NCBI GenBank assembly: GCA_965205015.1
Contig: OZ242029.1
Span: 2,688,001 to 2,752,000, forward strand
Length of the DNA: 64,000 nucleotides
Direction: 5' to 3'
Source of the DNA: Candidatus Poribacteria bacterium
GTDB taxonomy: Bacteria; Poribacteria; WGA-4E; WGA-3G
In this document: positions 39,209 through 49,542 of the stretch, piece by piece
How positions within the stretch are numbered: the stretch's first letter is position 1
Layout of the letters: every line of letters starts with the position of its first letter
Made by a program: the position numbers and the translations under genes
Notes under the pieces: generated by a model
Database searches by the model: none
Told to the model about the DNA's origin: nothing
What the model saw: the letters and a program-made list of their open reading frames with translations, nothing else

Positions 39209-39814
39209 TTATGCCCTTTGTTCTACCATGCTTGAGAGGATGCCGAGGATTTTGTCGCACTGTACGATCGGGTAAATTACCATATCAATGTGGAGTCTTT
39301 GCCCTTCCAATTTGAGGAATCGCCAATCTGTCCCCGAAGTGGTAGCCCCATAGATATAAGGGATGTCATTGCCTTTTTCAGTGTTAAAGCGTTGTGCGGC
39401 GAGCATCTCGGCAACACACTGTCCGAGACCTACAGTTAAATCGTCTTTCTTTGCCTCGACAAGAATAATGACGGGTGCTTCTAAAAAAGATTGTACAGGC
39501 GACAAACTCACTAAAAAATCACAAACCCCGGTCAATCCATTTTCGTCATCAATGTTGAAATCAATACCAGAAAAGAGACTGATGCGACGTTCCAGTTGTT
39601 CTCGGAGTTCAACGAGAATATCAGCGATAATCAGTTCTGATTTTGCTTTTTCTGTGTTAATGGTGATCGCTAACGGTACATTTCGTGCTAAAGTCGTTGT
39701 AAGATGTGCGCTCGGATCCACCGACGCTATTTCAGAAAAAATGCCTGCGGATTCAACGATCTCTAATTGAAACGCTGTTCGCACCATTTCTAATGTAAAA
39801 TTGCTATACGCCAT
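39209..39814 (-). CDS. Hypothetical protein, probable PD-(D/E)XK fold
   Basis: Motifs GVCDFLV, LVEAKK, GQCVAEM, YGATTSG, WRFL. Confidence 0.7.
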   Translation of the reverse strand: MAYSNFTLEMVRTAFQLEIVESAGIFSEIASVDPSAHLTTTLARNVPLAITINTEKAKSELIIADILVELREQLERRISLFSGIDFNIDDENGLTGVCDFLVSLSPVQSFLEAPVIILVEAKKDDLTVGLGQCVAEMLAAQRFNTEKGNDIPYIYGATTSGTDWRFLKLEGQRLHIDMVIYPIVQCDKILGILSSMVEQRA

Positions 39815-39823
39815 TTCTAAACC

Positions 39824-39895
39824 TCATGTCTTTTGCTCTACCATGCTGGAAAGGATACCGAGGATTTTATCGCATTATGCAATTGGGTATACTGT
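39824..39895 (-). pseudogene. 3' remnant of a paralogue of 39209..39814
   Basis: Encodes ...YPIA*CDKILGILSSMVEQKT*, matching the C-terminus of the adjacent gene. Confidence 0.7.
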
Positions 39896-39963
39896 TATAA
39901 TAGATATAGCACTTAAAAATTTCTTCTGTCAAGGAAATAAAAAACAAAGCCCTTAACTTTTGA

Positions 39964-40317
39964 TTATTGTCGTTGACGAATCCGAACCCGTCCGGGAGAA
40001 ATAACACTGAAAGTCTCCAGGAATTGGGAACCTTGATTCGCGAAAACATTTGAGATGCTTTTTGCTTTGGCTTGCTTTGACAGACCATCAAGGCGGATAA
40101 GAATAACCCCCGTGTGGATGCGCCCTTGACGGAAAACAAGTTCACCGAAGTCCTTATCTTCCGTAATTAACAGCGCACCATTTTGGTTAGCTTGATCCAA
40201 CACAGTTTCATCGTCAATACTTGGGGCAAACTCGGCAACGTATAAAACATTATGTCCATCCTGCCGAAGGGTTTCTACAATAAGTTTATCAACGTTTTCG
40301 TCTGCTATGAGATTCAT
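39964..40317 (-). CDS. DUF5615 PIN-like toxin (VapC45-like)
   Basis: Motifs MNLIADENV, DDETVL, LITEDKDFGEL. Confidence 0.85.
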   Translation of the reverse strand: MNLIADENVDKLIVETLRQDGHNVLYVAEFAPSIDDETVLDQANQNGALLITEDKDFGELVFRQGRIHTGVILIRLDGLSKQAKAKSISNVFANQGSQFLETFSVISPGRVRIRQRQ

Positions 40318-40550
40318 GGGGCTTGTTCTGATATAGGATAAACGACATCAGCGCGAAGGACTTGGGCTGCAAAAAGAAAAGCTGCGCGAATACCCTCCTC
40401 GGTTAAGCGTGGATATGCCTCAAGCAATTGTTCAATCGTTTCGCCTGCTGCGAATTTTTCTAAAATCAATTCGACAGGAATGCGGGTCCCGGCAATAACA
40501 GGTTTTCCCATCATAATAGATGGATTTGATTGGATCCATTTCGTATCCAT
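40314..40550 (-). CDS. DUF433 antitoxin
   Basis: NPSIMMGKPVIAGTRIPV...YPRLTEEGIRAA; overlaps the toxin start. Confidence 0.9.
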   Translation of the reverse strand: MDTKWIQSNPSIMMGKPVIAGTRIPVELILEKFAAGETIEQLLEAYPRLTEEGIRAAFLFAAQVLRADVVYPISEQAP

Positions 40551-40703
40551 TTTTACTTCCTCCTTTTAATGACCATATTGCCTCAATACGTTGGAAAACC
40601 CACTATTGAATCGGTTTGTGGAATGCTTTTACAATGTAGTGATTTTTCCATTAGTATTATACCATCCGTTAACATCAGAAATCACAGAAAATAAAGACGC
40701 ACG

Positions 40704-41486
40704 CTATTCGTCCTGAATGGCACTAATCTCATCTTCGGAAATCTTATGAACGCTTTTCGGATTAAACGTCTGTGTCGTATCTACGCGGAGGGCTACCTCA
40801 ATCCTGCCACCCGTTAGTACAAAGAACTGGATCAGGAAGCCACCCCCTTGCATCGATTCCACCTGATATTCTTCTGCATCGAGATCTCCGAGCCACTCTG
40901 GTAACGTCTCTTCAAAGTTCGGATCCGCAGTGACCCGATCCGGCAACGCAATAATTAGCGTCCCCGGAGCATCACCGATTGCGTCACCGATGACCTCTCG
41001 TCTTTCTACCATAAACGGGACGACGCGACTGGCATATTCAAAATCATCGGAGTCGGTGCGTTCTGGTGGCACAAGTCCCCAGGTCAAGTGATGGATAAAC
41101 GGATTCCCATATCCCTGCCCAAGCATGTGTTGCAGTGCCGCCCTGTCAACCGGATGCACAACAGCAACATAGTCGAACCATCCGTCATCGCGTGCTGGGC
41201 TCTCTATCGGTAATTGTGCAGAGACATTGATATAATCGCAACCGTCAACAGGCGATGGATAACACCGGGCATCCCATCCGTTGACATAGCCGAGTTGTTT
41301 CAGACCATCAGCAACGAGATGAGGGGGATCACAGAAAATAGCGGCATGATCCATATTCGGATAGATTTCTACACCTGCTCCCATGACACGCTCCGCGACC
41401 TCAGTCGCCTCTGCAAAACGGAGATCGGCGTTTTCAATTGTCAAGTAATCAGAAAAATTTGTTGGTAATGTAATTACGTTTTTCAC
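40704..41486 (-). CDS. Hypothetical protein (possible VOC/glyoxalase-like)
   Basis: GTG start behind GGAGG; motifs MDHAAI, FIHHLT, LIQFF, IEVALR. Confidence 0.55.
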   Translation of the reverse strand: MKNVITLPTNFSDYLTIENADLRFAEATEVAERVMGAGVEIYPNMDHAAIFCDPPHLVADGLKQLGYVNGWDARCYPSPVDGCDYINVSAQLPIESPARDDGWFDYVAVVHPVDRAALQHMLGQGYGNPFIHHLTWGLVPPERTDSDDFEYASRVVPFMVERREVIGDAIGDAPGTLIIALPDRVTADPNFEETLPEWLGDLDAEEYQVESMQGGGFLIQFFVLTGGRIEVALRVDTTQTFNPKSVHKISEDEISAIQDE

Positions 41487-41695
41487 GAGGAACCTCCGTC
41501 TGTATCTCGAAGGGAAGGAATTGGGATAAACGATAAATCCGGTGGATAGTATAAGTTTAACAGAAATAGCGCCCATACGCAAGTGCTTTTTGATAAAATT
41601 TGTCAGCCAAAAGTTGTTGAAAAAAGTGCACATCTCTGCTAATGTTAATATAGGCTTTTAAACCAGCCTTAGACTCAAAAACAGAGGAGCAATCC

Positions 41696-42484
41696 ATGAG
41701 AACAAATACCTTTCGAGAACTACTCAACGCTGACAAACCGACAGTCGGCACGCATATCCATACCACCTGGCCCTCCATCGTTGAGGCGATCGGACACACA
41801 GGATTGTATGATTATGTGGAATTTGTAGGGGAGTACGGTCCGTTTGATCTACACGATCTGGATAATTTGTGTCGAGCGGCTGAACTGCACAATATCTCCA
41901 CAATGATTAAAGTCGACCAAGAGCCACGAGGTTTCATCGCGCAACGTGCGATCGGTTCTGGCTTCCAGAGCGTGCTTTACGCCGACTGCCAAAACGTTGA
42001 AGATGTCAAGGAATGTGTGAGGATTACGCGGGCAGATACTCCCGAAGATGGTGGGAGTTACGGTGTAGCGACCCGCCGGTTTTCCTATATGGGGTATGGG
42101 GGAGGCCCAGAATACGTCCAGGCGCTTCGTGATGTCGTCAACGTCATTATGATAGAGAAAAAAGGGACGGTTGACAACCTTGAAGAGGTGCTATCTGTCG
42201 AAGGTGTTGACATGATTCAGTGGGGCGGTTCGGATTATTCGATGAGTATCGGGAAGGTCGGTCAACGCGGGGCTCCGGAAATCCAGGAAGCACACGATAA
42301 AGTGTTCAAGACGGCTGTAAAGATGGGGGTACCCCCGCGCGCTGAAATCGGGAGTCCCGACGACGCGAAACGCTATCTTGATATGGGAGTCCGGCATTTC
42401 TGCATCGGCACCGATATTTCCGTCCTCTATAGTTGGTGGCGGGAAAATGGTGATGGCTTACGGAAAGTTATTGAAGGGCATTAG
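41696..42484 (+). CDS. HpcH/HpaI aldolase family
   Basis: Motifs YDYVEFVGEYG, IMIE, GVDMIQWGGSDYSMSIG. Confidence 0.88.
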   Translation: MRTNTFRELLNADKPTVGTHIHTTWPSIVEAIGHTGLYDYVEFVGEYGPFDLHDLDNLCRAAELHNISTMIKVDQEPRGFIAQRAIGSGFQSVLYADCQNVEDVKECVRITRADTPEDGGSYGVATRRFSYMGYGGGPEYVQALRDVVNVIMIEKKGTVDNLEEVLSVEGVDMIQWGGSDYSMSIGKVGQRGAPEIQEAHDKVFKTAVKMGVPPRAEIGSPDDAKRYLDMGVRHFCIGTDISVLYSWWRENGDGLRKVIEGH

Positions 42485-42491
42485 AGGGGGC

Positions 42492-42590
42492 ATCGGCTAT
42501 CGGCTATCGGCTATCAGTATGTGGCGGTTGCAATATTTGTTTCTGCCATGGAAGTTCCGCCCGACAGCCGACAGCCGACCGCTGACAGCC
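42492..42590. repeat. Heptamer tandem repeats in inverted arrangement between convergent genes
   Basis: (ATCGGCT)n ... (CCGACAG)n can form a long hairpin; likely terminator-like. Confidence 0.6.
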
Positions 42591-42591
42591 A

Positions 42592-43320
42592 TTAAAGCAT
42601 CGCTTCCATCCGTGCCGCGACCCAGTCCACAGCGACATCGATCATCGCTTGTCCCTTTTCGACTGACGCCAATTTTGCCTGATGGTGATATTCTCGGTCG
42701 GATTTCGCCTGTCCTGCATCTGATATGGTGAGTTTCGCGCTATCGTAATCGACACCGTTCCAATCAACATTTTCTGCGAAAGCAGCGAGAGCGAATGCCG
42801 TCTCGAATTCCGCCGCGTGTCCGGGGCAGACTCCAGATTCCATCTGCGCTTTGACCAGCTCTTCATCGTACGCTTCCCAATAGGAGTGAAATTCGATATT
42901 GATACCGAGTTTCTCCCGGTAGCCATCCAAACGCTGATGCACGGGACCGGCGTTTCCGGCATGTCCATTGACAATCAGGATATTGTCAATGCCATGTCGG
43001 CGCATACTGTCAGCGACGTCATAAAGCACTTCGCCAAAAACCTCCGGACGAAGCGTGAGCGTGCCTTTGTGATCCATCCAGTGTTCCGACACGCCGATCG
43101 CCAAAGGCGTTGTGACGATAACCCGTGGGAACAACTTCTCAGCCGCCAATTTGGAGACATACACCGCGCTTTGCGTATCGTGATACATCGCCAAATGTTC
43201 ATTGTGTTGCTCTGTGCTACCTGTTGGAATAATCGCGCCCTTGAGCGTGCCGGCATCAATGGCTTCTCGGACATATCGCCGTTGGTTTTCCCATAGTAGC
43301 ACGGATTTGATTTGAGACAT
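42592..43320 (-). CDS. Creatininase family amidohydrolase
   Basis: Motifs PTGSTEQH, GVSEH, NGHAGN, HAAEFET. Confidence 0.9.
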   Translation of the reverse strand: MSQIKSVLLWENQRRYVREAIDAGTLKGAIIPTGSTEQHNEHLAMYHDTQSAVYVSKLAAEKLFPRVIVTTPLAIGVSEHWMDHKGTLTLRPEVFGEVLYDVADSMRRHGIDNILIVNGHAGNAGPVHQRLDGYREKLGINIEFHSYWEAYDEELVKAQMESGVCPGHAAEFETAFALAAFAENVDWNGVDYDSAKLTISDAGQAKSDREYHHQAKLASVEKGQAMIDVAVDWVAARMEAML

Positions 43321-43333
43321 TATTTAACCTCCA

Positions 43334-44368
43334 TTATTGCCGCAGAACGCCACACGTATCAAGTGTGTCTCGGATCGCTACAATTCCATCTTCCATCGAT
43401 TCCCGGTCTGGCGGTAGATAGTCTTGCAAGCTCTCCCAGTCATAGTCGTTCTGTTCTGTGTCCTTATTTTTAAACAAAATTTTAGTGCTGTAATCTCGGA
43501 TTTCGTTGAGCGTCCATTCGTAGATATAGAAACCGAAAATGTCCGCATGTAGAGAGACATCACTCTGTATCTCCCTGAGATACGCTTCCAAAACGACTTC
43601 GAACCGTTCACCTGTGAAAGAGACTAAATCTTTTTCAGGTGGACCGAAGCAGACGCCATCCCAATCGATCAAATGCAGTCGGTTTTCGGTATCCAAAATG
43701 AGATTGCCCGGGGTTGGATCGCCGTGTGTAACCACAAAAGATGTTTGTGATGCCGCCGCGGCGCGTCCTAATTCATCGTATCTATCCATTGTTTCTAAAA
43801 TCGAAGATTGGTGTGTTGCGAGTGCCTCAAGCAGTTGCTTTTGGTATTGATTCTGAGAAGGGATCTTTTTCGTAGAAGACTCAAGTGCGGCGTAAAGTTC
43901 ATTTCGTAACGGCAAATCATACTTCGCTACCGGGAGACAACTCGGATCAATCATGTCTATGGAACGATGGAGTATGGCTAAAAGTGCTGCCGTCTGACTG
44001 AGTTCGGCATCAGTAAAATCTTTTCCAACTTTCCACAAATCCCACCGGCTTTTACCCTCAATGAACGGAAACAGCGCGACGCTAAAGTCGTGCCACTGGA
44101 TGCTCAGCGTGAGATCTCGCGTTTTCAAGGGTGCGACAACGCCAGGTACGTCGCATCGGTCCTGCAGAAGTGCCGCAATCCGCAAGGAGGTATACGGGAT
44201 GGAAATAAACACTTTGGCAAAATACTTCTCGCCGGTTTCGGATACCAGGATGTAGCCGTAACTGTCCTCGCCTTCAGGAAAAAAGGTGATGGACTGCAAG
44301 GGCAGCGCGTAGGCAGTCTTGAGGTGTTGTAGTAATTCCGTTTTATCAAAGGTGTTGTCAACTTTCAT
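43334..44368 (-). CDS. Aminoglycoside phosphotransferase-family kinase
   Basis: THGDPTPGNLI ... LIDWD ... PEKDL. Confidence 0.85.
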   Translation of the reverse strand: MKVDNTFDKTELLQHLKTAYALPLQSITFFPEGEDSYGYILVSETGEKYFAKVFISIPYTSLRIAALLQDRCDVPGVVAPLKTRDLTLSIQWHDFSVALFPFIEGKSRWDLWKVGKDFTDAELSQTAALLAILHRSIDMIDPSCLPVAKYDLPLRNELYAALESSTKKIPSQNQYQKQLLEALATHQSSILETMDRYDELGRAAAASQTSFVVTHGDPTPGNLILDTENRLHLIDWDGVCFGPPEKDLVSFTGERFEVVLEAYLREIQSDVSLHADIFGFYIYEWTLNEIRDYSTKILFKNKDTEQNDYDWESLQDYLPPDRESMEDGIVAIRDTLDTCGVLRQ

Positions 44369-44656
44369 ATCTGAATCTCTTGAAGTAACTGTCAATTTCA
44401 TCCCTTAACTCAATACCTGCCATTTCAAAGGCATCCAATAGAGCTGCGTAAGTTCCTTCTCCACCGATAAAATTCCAGAGTTCTTCTGCTATCAAAATAT
44501 CATCCTGTAGATCTAACATTCCTCTCATTGTCCACCGTTTGTACGGTTCTGGTTCGTAAGGATTATAGGGGATGCCAATCAAGGCATATAGCGTGTCTCG
44601 GGACTATAGGACTGGAATTTAGCACGCATACACTCCTTAATTTTCTCTTTAATCAT
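44358..44656 (-). pseudogene. Internally deleted type II restriction endonuclease (TdeIII/MjaII-like)
   Basis: The N-terminus MIKEKIKECMRAKFQSYSPETRYMP is joined out of frame to the C-terminus LIGIPYNPYEPEPYKRWT...ELWNFIGGEGTY; the central catalytic region is missing. Confidence 0.7.
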
Positions 44657-44680
44657 CGTCTGTCGTTGTGAGGACATTCA

Positions 44681-46255
44681 TCAATTCCTTTTCTCTTTCA
44701 AGTGGAATATTGTTTCGGAATATGCTGATTCTCGATTCTTTTCTGTCCGATTCAAAACAGGACGCTTGTGTTGATGGATGATACACATCCCCGCCTTTTC
44801 TGCGATAGTTGGATACATATTAAACTTATCGTTTGCAACGATAAAAACATCGTAATCATCAGTTAGAAACCGCTTACAGTTCTTGAAAACTTCTGCTACG
44901 CCGTGAATGTATGATTCTCTCGCCTCGCGTCCTTTTCCTCTAAACAAGGGACCAATTTCTAATTCATCTAACCTTTTGAAACCAAAGAGATCATAGGCAT
45001 AAGCGTGCTGCTCATGGTAGTTGATAAGTCCAACATAGGGAGGACTTGTAAAGATACCTTTAATTCTTTGTTTTTGGGCAATCTCTGCGAATTGTGGATC
45101 TATGTGTTTCAACATCGTGAGGATGTCAATCGTTCGTGAATCACCCGTTAGACAGTGTTGAAAGGTGTCCGTTTTTAATTTACCGAACTCCACCCATCGT
45201 TGTACGCTATCTCTACAGTATCGCTCCCACCAGCTGAGGATTGAAAAGAGCGGTTTGCAGACTTTTCCATGTTTTCGGCAATAATATGTTGTTGTCACGG
45301 GTTTCCGTAGCGTGCCTAAATCTGCGTGTGTCGTCGCTCGGCACGAGCGAATCGTCCGGCTTAATATTAACATCAAGGCGTTTTGTATTGAAGGGTCTTC
45401 TACTCTTCTAATCAAACTATAGACGAGATCAATCTCGGCTCTAACTCCCGGAAGATACCACCGCTTCATAAAGCGAGTGGAATCAACTGGCATCTGTATC
45501 TCAATTTGGTACTCGGCAACAAGTTTATGATAGGTTTCTAAAAAAGCGGCTTCCTTCTCAGCGCCGTACTGCTTTTGATTGATTTCACCTGCTCTGACTC
45601 GGCGTTTAAAAGAAATTGGAAAGTATTGATTATTGAAGTCTGTAAGTTTTTCTGCGAGTTTAGCCTCAAATTCGGCTATTCCAGATGTAGCGACAAAATT
45701 TTTGAGGGCTGCCGTGATTTTCTGGCTTTCCTCATACAAACGCGTCAAATTATATGCTGTCACCTTGGCGTTGCCAATAAAAGCATTAAACGCCGAAACA
45801 TCAATACCAATTGCGTGCATCCCAAGTTCGTTGGCTTGAACCAAAGTCGTCCCACTCCCACAGAACGGATCAAGCACAATATCACCCGGTTGAAAATAGA
45901 CATCCCGTTTAAATTTGTCGGTATGAGCGCCCAAAAAATAGGCTACGAGTTGCGGGATGAATTTGCCTTTATAGGGATGCAACCGGTGAACATGCTTTGT
46001 TGTTTCTGCCTCTTTGACTTTTTCAAAGGATAGCGTCCAGTTCAGGTCATCACCCAGTTCGTCTTTCCACTGTGTTTCACGGTGGTTTAGACTATAATAC
46101 TTCTCAAGACTTTGCACCGGAATCAACGTTGACCCTTTATCTGCAACAGATTCAATCCTGCCATACTGGATTAAATATGTAATATTCGCAGGCGTAACGT
46201 TTTTATTTAGGTGCTTTGAAGCCCATTGGCTTGCCTGTTTAAGTGTAAAAAGCAT
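44681..46255 (-). CDS. Type II DNA methyltransferase (probably N4-cytosine)
   Basis: Motifs HPYKGKFIPQL, DPFCGSGTT, TSPPY. Confidence 0.9.
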   Translation of the reverse strand: MLFTLKQASQWASKHLNKNVTPANITYLIQYGRIESVADKGSTLIPVQSLEKYYSLNHRETQWKDELGDDLNWTLSFEKVKEAETTKHVHRLHPYKGKFIPQLVAYFLGAHTDKFKRDVYFQPGDIVLDPFCGSGTTLVQANELGMHAIGIDVSAFNAFIGNAKVTAYNLTRLYEESQKITAALKNFVATSGIAEFEAKLAEKLTDFNNQYFPISFKRRVRAGEINQKQYGAEKEAAFLETYHKLVAEYQIEIQMPVDSTRFMKRWYLPGVRAEIDLVYSLIRRVEDPSIQNALMLILSRTIRSCRATTHADLGTLRKPVTTTYYCRKHGKVCKPLFSILSWWERYCRDSVQRWVEFGKLKTDTFQHCLTGDSRTIDILTMLKHIDPQFAEIAQKQRIKGIFTSPPYVGLINYHEQHAYAYDLFGFKRLDELEIGPLFRGKGREARESYIHGVAEVFKNCKRFLTDDYDVFIVANDKFNMYPTIAEKAGMCIIHQHKRPVLNRTEKNRESAYSETIFHLKEKRN

Positions 46256-46337
46256 TTTACCTGTATTGCCCTTGTGCTGATACTTTTTGATAGAAAACGA
46301 GTTTACGTCTGTGTGATGGGTATTACGGCAGACTTGT

Positions 46338-46778
46338 TCAATCTGCGGGAGGCGACTCCACTTTCTGAAGAACTACCTTGCTGTCGCTCTCCAACTTCAA
46401 GGATTCAGCGATATTTCCCATGTTAATCGCAATCTTGAACTGATGCGTAGAAGTCGAAAACCGTCCTAAATAATCTCCCTCAGGCACATCTCCATAGTTT
46501 TCAACGAATTTAATCTGAATTGTTTGACCTGTTGCAAACGTTGCTTCAAGCGTGTCCCCAAGTTCCCAACCGCGTTCGGTGAATGGAGCGATGTAGAGGT
46601 CAGTGACAGCGTTGCCGTGGTCGTCGATTTCGACAATTGTCCCGGAGAGCGATGTCGTTTGTTCGATCTCTGGTGCACTCGTTTTTTGACTGCATCCGAT
46701 AAGGAGTGCTATCGTCATGAAAAGGACTATGAACACTAATTTTGAATAATGTGGACAGGATTGATCGTGGAATTTCAT
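46338..46778 (-). CDS. Lipoprotein with SAM hydroxide adenosyltransferase (DUF62) C-terminal-like domain
   Basis: Lipobox LIGC; GTIVEIDDHGNAVT...YGDVPEG...IAINMGN. Confidence 0.65.
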   Translation of the reverse strand: MKFHDQSCPHYSKLVFIVLFMTIALLIGCSQKTSAPEIEQTTSLSGTIVEIDDHGNAVTDLYIAPFTERGWELGDTLEATFATGQTIQIKFVENYGDVPEGDYLGRFSTSTHQFKIAINMGNIAESLKLESDSKVVLQKVESPPAD

Positions 46779-46969
46779 TCTGGTGTATACCTCCATGCGT
46801 TTTTTAGAAACTGCCTTAAGTATAAAGTATAGTGGAAAGGTAGGCGAATGTCAAGGAAAAGAAAAAAAGATTTCAAAGGAATTTCGTTTGACGCCTAAGT
46901 GGATTTGTGCTATTCTCTTTTCGGCATGGTTTCCTGTAAAACATGCGATAATAAATCAGTGTCAAGGAG

Positions 46970-48097
46970 ATGAATATGTCTAAAAAAATGAGTTTTTGTG
47001 CTAAGTTTTCAAAATCTGTAAATGCCGCTAAAATTGTGCTTCTGTTATTCGGGATACTGTTGAGCCTTTCGGGCTGTGAGAAGATAACGCCACCGATGTT
47101 ACCAGAGGTCAGCACTCCAGATACGGAGCCCCTCACAGTGATGACTTACAACGTCTACGTGGGTGCGAATATGGAATCGCTTTTAGGGATAACAAATCTT
47201 GTGGAAGTTCCCGGGGCGGTTGCCGAGGTTTACGCGGCGTTCCAGGCGACAGATTTTCCGGGACGGGCTGTAGGCATTGCGAGTGCTATAAAGGCGGATC
47301 AGCCACACATCATCGGACTTCAGGAGATTGCGTTGATACGCACACAAAGTCCGGGAGACCGGCTCACAGGCGGAGAACCCGCTGAAGAGGTCGTCCTTGA
47401 TTTTCTCGAAATTTTGATGGCTGCCCTTCAAGCAGAGGGCTTAAACTATCAGGTCGCTGCGAAGGTCCAAAATTTTGATGTCGAAATGCCGATGAGTGCA
47501 GAGGGATCCTTCGTCAACTATGATGATGTCCGCTTGACCGATTTCGATGTGATTCTCACACGAGCGGATGTTACCGTCTCACGTCCCACCACAGTCAATT
47601 ATACAAATATCTTTTCAGTGGAAGCCCTTTTCATTGAAGTCCAAAGAGGTTATGTCGCAATAGATGCCACCGTCTCTGGAAACACATATCGCGTTGTCAA
47701 CACGCACTTAGAGTCTTTCGTGCAGGATGTTCGGGTTGCACAAATGCAAGAACTGATAACCGACCTTGACAGCGAAACGTTGCCGATGCTTTTGTTAGGA
47801 GATTTCAATACACCCGCTCCCGACGGCACGGCTTATCAGATGTTGGTCTCCGCGGGGTATGTGGACGTGTGGCAGATGGATTCTGAAGGCACCGGCTACA
47901 CCTGTTGTCAGGCAAAGGAACTGCAGAATGAGATAAGTGAACACTGGAAGCGGATCGATCAGATTTTTGTCCGAAATTTGGAACTTCCGACTTCTGTCAT
48001 GACATACACCGTAGGGGATACCCCTTCAGAACGGTTGCCTTCCGGGTTATGGCCCTCCGACCACGCCGGAGTCGTCGCACATCTCGCGTTTGAGTAG
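46970..48097 (+). CDS. Endonuclease/exonuclease/phosphatase-family lipoprotein
   Basis: Lipobox LSGC; motifs VMTYNV, GLQE, NTHLE, LGDFN, RIDQIF, PSDHAGV. Confidence 0.88.
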   Translation: MNMSKKMSFCAKFSKSVNAAKIVLLLFGILLSLSGCEKITPPMLPEVSTPDTEPLTVMTYNVYVGANMESLLGITNLVEVPGAVAEVYAAFQATDFPGRAVGIASAIKADQPHIIGLQEIALIRTQSPGDRLTGGEPAEEVVLDFLEILMAALQAEGLNYQVAAKVQNFDVEMPMSAEGSFVNYDDVRLTDFDVILTRADVTVSRPTTVNYTNIFSVEALFIEVQRGYVAIDATVSGNTYRVVNTHLESFVQDVRVAQMQELITDLDSETLPMLLLGDFNTPAPDGTAYQMLVSAGYVDVWQMDSEGTGYTCCQAKELQNEISEHWKRIDQIFVRNLELPTSVMTYTVGDTPSERLPSGLWPSDHAGVVAHLAFE

Positions 48098-48218
48098 TCC
48101 GACATCGTTTGACTGCCTAAAAAAGTGAAGCGCGCGGCGATGGAATCTGAAAATCCATCGCCGCGCGCTTTCTGTTTCATCGAGGACATTTCTACTTGAA
48201 AACTTTGAGCGTGCCGTT

Positions 48219-49376
48219 TTACTTGGGGTAGGGATAGACACTGCCATCTTCACCTCGGACCACGACTGCGCTGTTGTTAGACTCGCGCTTTTGTCCATTA
48301 TCATTTGCCTTGAAATGAGAAATGACGGTCGCCCCCTGATAATCTGTGATGTTAGCAATCGCGTCGCGAACCGCTCCGGGTTCCGTTGATTGCGCATTTT
48401 CGATGCCTTGGGCAAGTAACCGCACTGCATCGTAGCCACCCGCGGCAACACCACCCGCAGATGTTCCAGGGAACGTAGCCTCGAATGCAGAAACGAATTC
48501 TGCCGCCTGGGTCCGATGGAAGTTGCTACAGTGGTAGGAATTTGTGAGCAGAGACTTATCCGCTATCTCCGTATGCAGGGGTGCGACATCCCAACCGTCG
48601 CTGCCAATAAAGGTGGATGTAATCTCCATTGCTCTCGCTTGCTCCATGATCAAAGGGACCTCTGGCGGGAAACTGGCGAGAAAAAGGACATCTGGGTTCA
48701 CGGCTTTGATGCGCTCAAGTTGCGCGTCAAACATTGTATCACCGGGCTCATAGACCTCCTCGGCAACAACACTGCCACCGCGTTTCATGAAATTGGCACT
48801 GAATTCTTCAACAAAACCGCCAGAATAGACATCCTGATTCTGCCAAATTATCCCTGCCGTTTTCGCGCCAAGTTCATCTACTGCAAAATTTGCCATGAGT
48901 TCTGCCTGTAACGCATTGGAAGCACCAACGATAAAGATGAAATCGCCCGTTTCCGTCACATCTTTACCTGTTGCCCCTGCAAGCACTGGAATCGTGGCAA
49001 CGGGACCGACCTTCACAGCATGGCTTGAAAACAGGGGACCTATAATCCCAACAACGTCTCCCATCTCAGCGAAGTCTGTTGCAGTCTGAGCAACTGTATC
49101 CGTCATCTCCTCTTTAATAACGAATTCCAGCTGCCTTCCGAGGACCCCACCCGCGGCATTGATCTGTTGCTGGGCAAGCTCAGCCCCTTGGGTGAAATCG
49201 GTATAATCCGGCTGGCGAATCAGTCCCACTTTAAGTGTGGGCATGGTATCAGTATCAGGTGGCGTGACCATCTCCTCGGTCATCCCCATATCACGCATCC
49301 GTTCACACCCGGATAAAAACGCAACCGAAAGTGAAAGCAGGACGCACAGCGTCACTATAAAAATTTTTGAGTTCAT
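48219..49376 (-). CDS. ABC substrate-binding lipoprotein (branched-chain amino acid/LivJ-like)
   Basis: GAELAQQQINAAGGVLGR, IIGPLFS, GSDGW, GYDAV; start MNSKIF behind AAGGAG. Confidence 0.85.
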   Translation of the reverse strand: MNSKIFIVTLCVLLSLSVAFLSGCERMRDMGMTEEMVTPPDTDTMPTLKVGLIRQPDYTDFTQGAELAQQQINAAGGVLGRQLEFVIKEEMTDTVAQTATDFAEMGDVVGIIGPLFSSHAVKVGPVATIPVLAGATGKDVTETGDFIFIVGASNALQAELMANFAVDELGAKTAGIIWQNQDVYSGGFVEEFSANFMKRGGSVVAEEVYEPGDTMFDAQLERIKAVNPDVLFLASFPPEVPLIMEQARAMEITSTFIGSDGWDVAPLHTEIADKSLLTNSYHCSNFHRTQAAEFVSAFEATFPGTSAGGVAAGGYDAVRLLAQGIENAQSTEPGAVRDAIANITDYQGATVISHFKANDNGQKRESNNSAVVVRGEDGSVYPYPK

Positions 49377-49423
49377 AAGATTCTCCTTTAATAGTAGTAG
49401 GCACACGCCGTGTGCCGGAACTT

Positions 49424-49542
49424 TATAGTAAAACCCGTAATTACTTATACACCAACACAAGGGCGAGGATACAATCCTCGCCAGCGGTGGTGGGGTGTTT
49501 GTTCCCTGACGAACTGTAAACATATTTTTGGATTTTACTATA
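49424..49542. mobile_element. MITE-like repeat (second copy of the 22015..22130 family)
   Basis: TATAGTAAA...GGCGAGG-CCTCGCCAGCGG...TTTACTATA. Confidence 0.6.
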
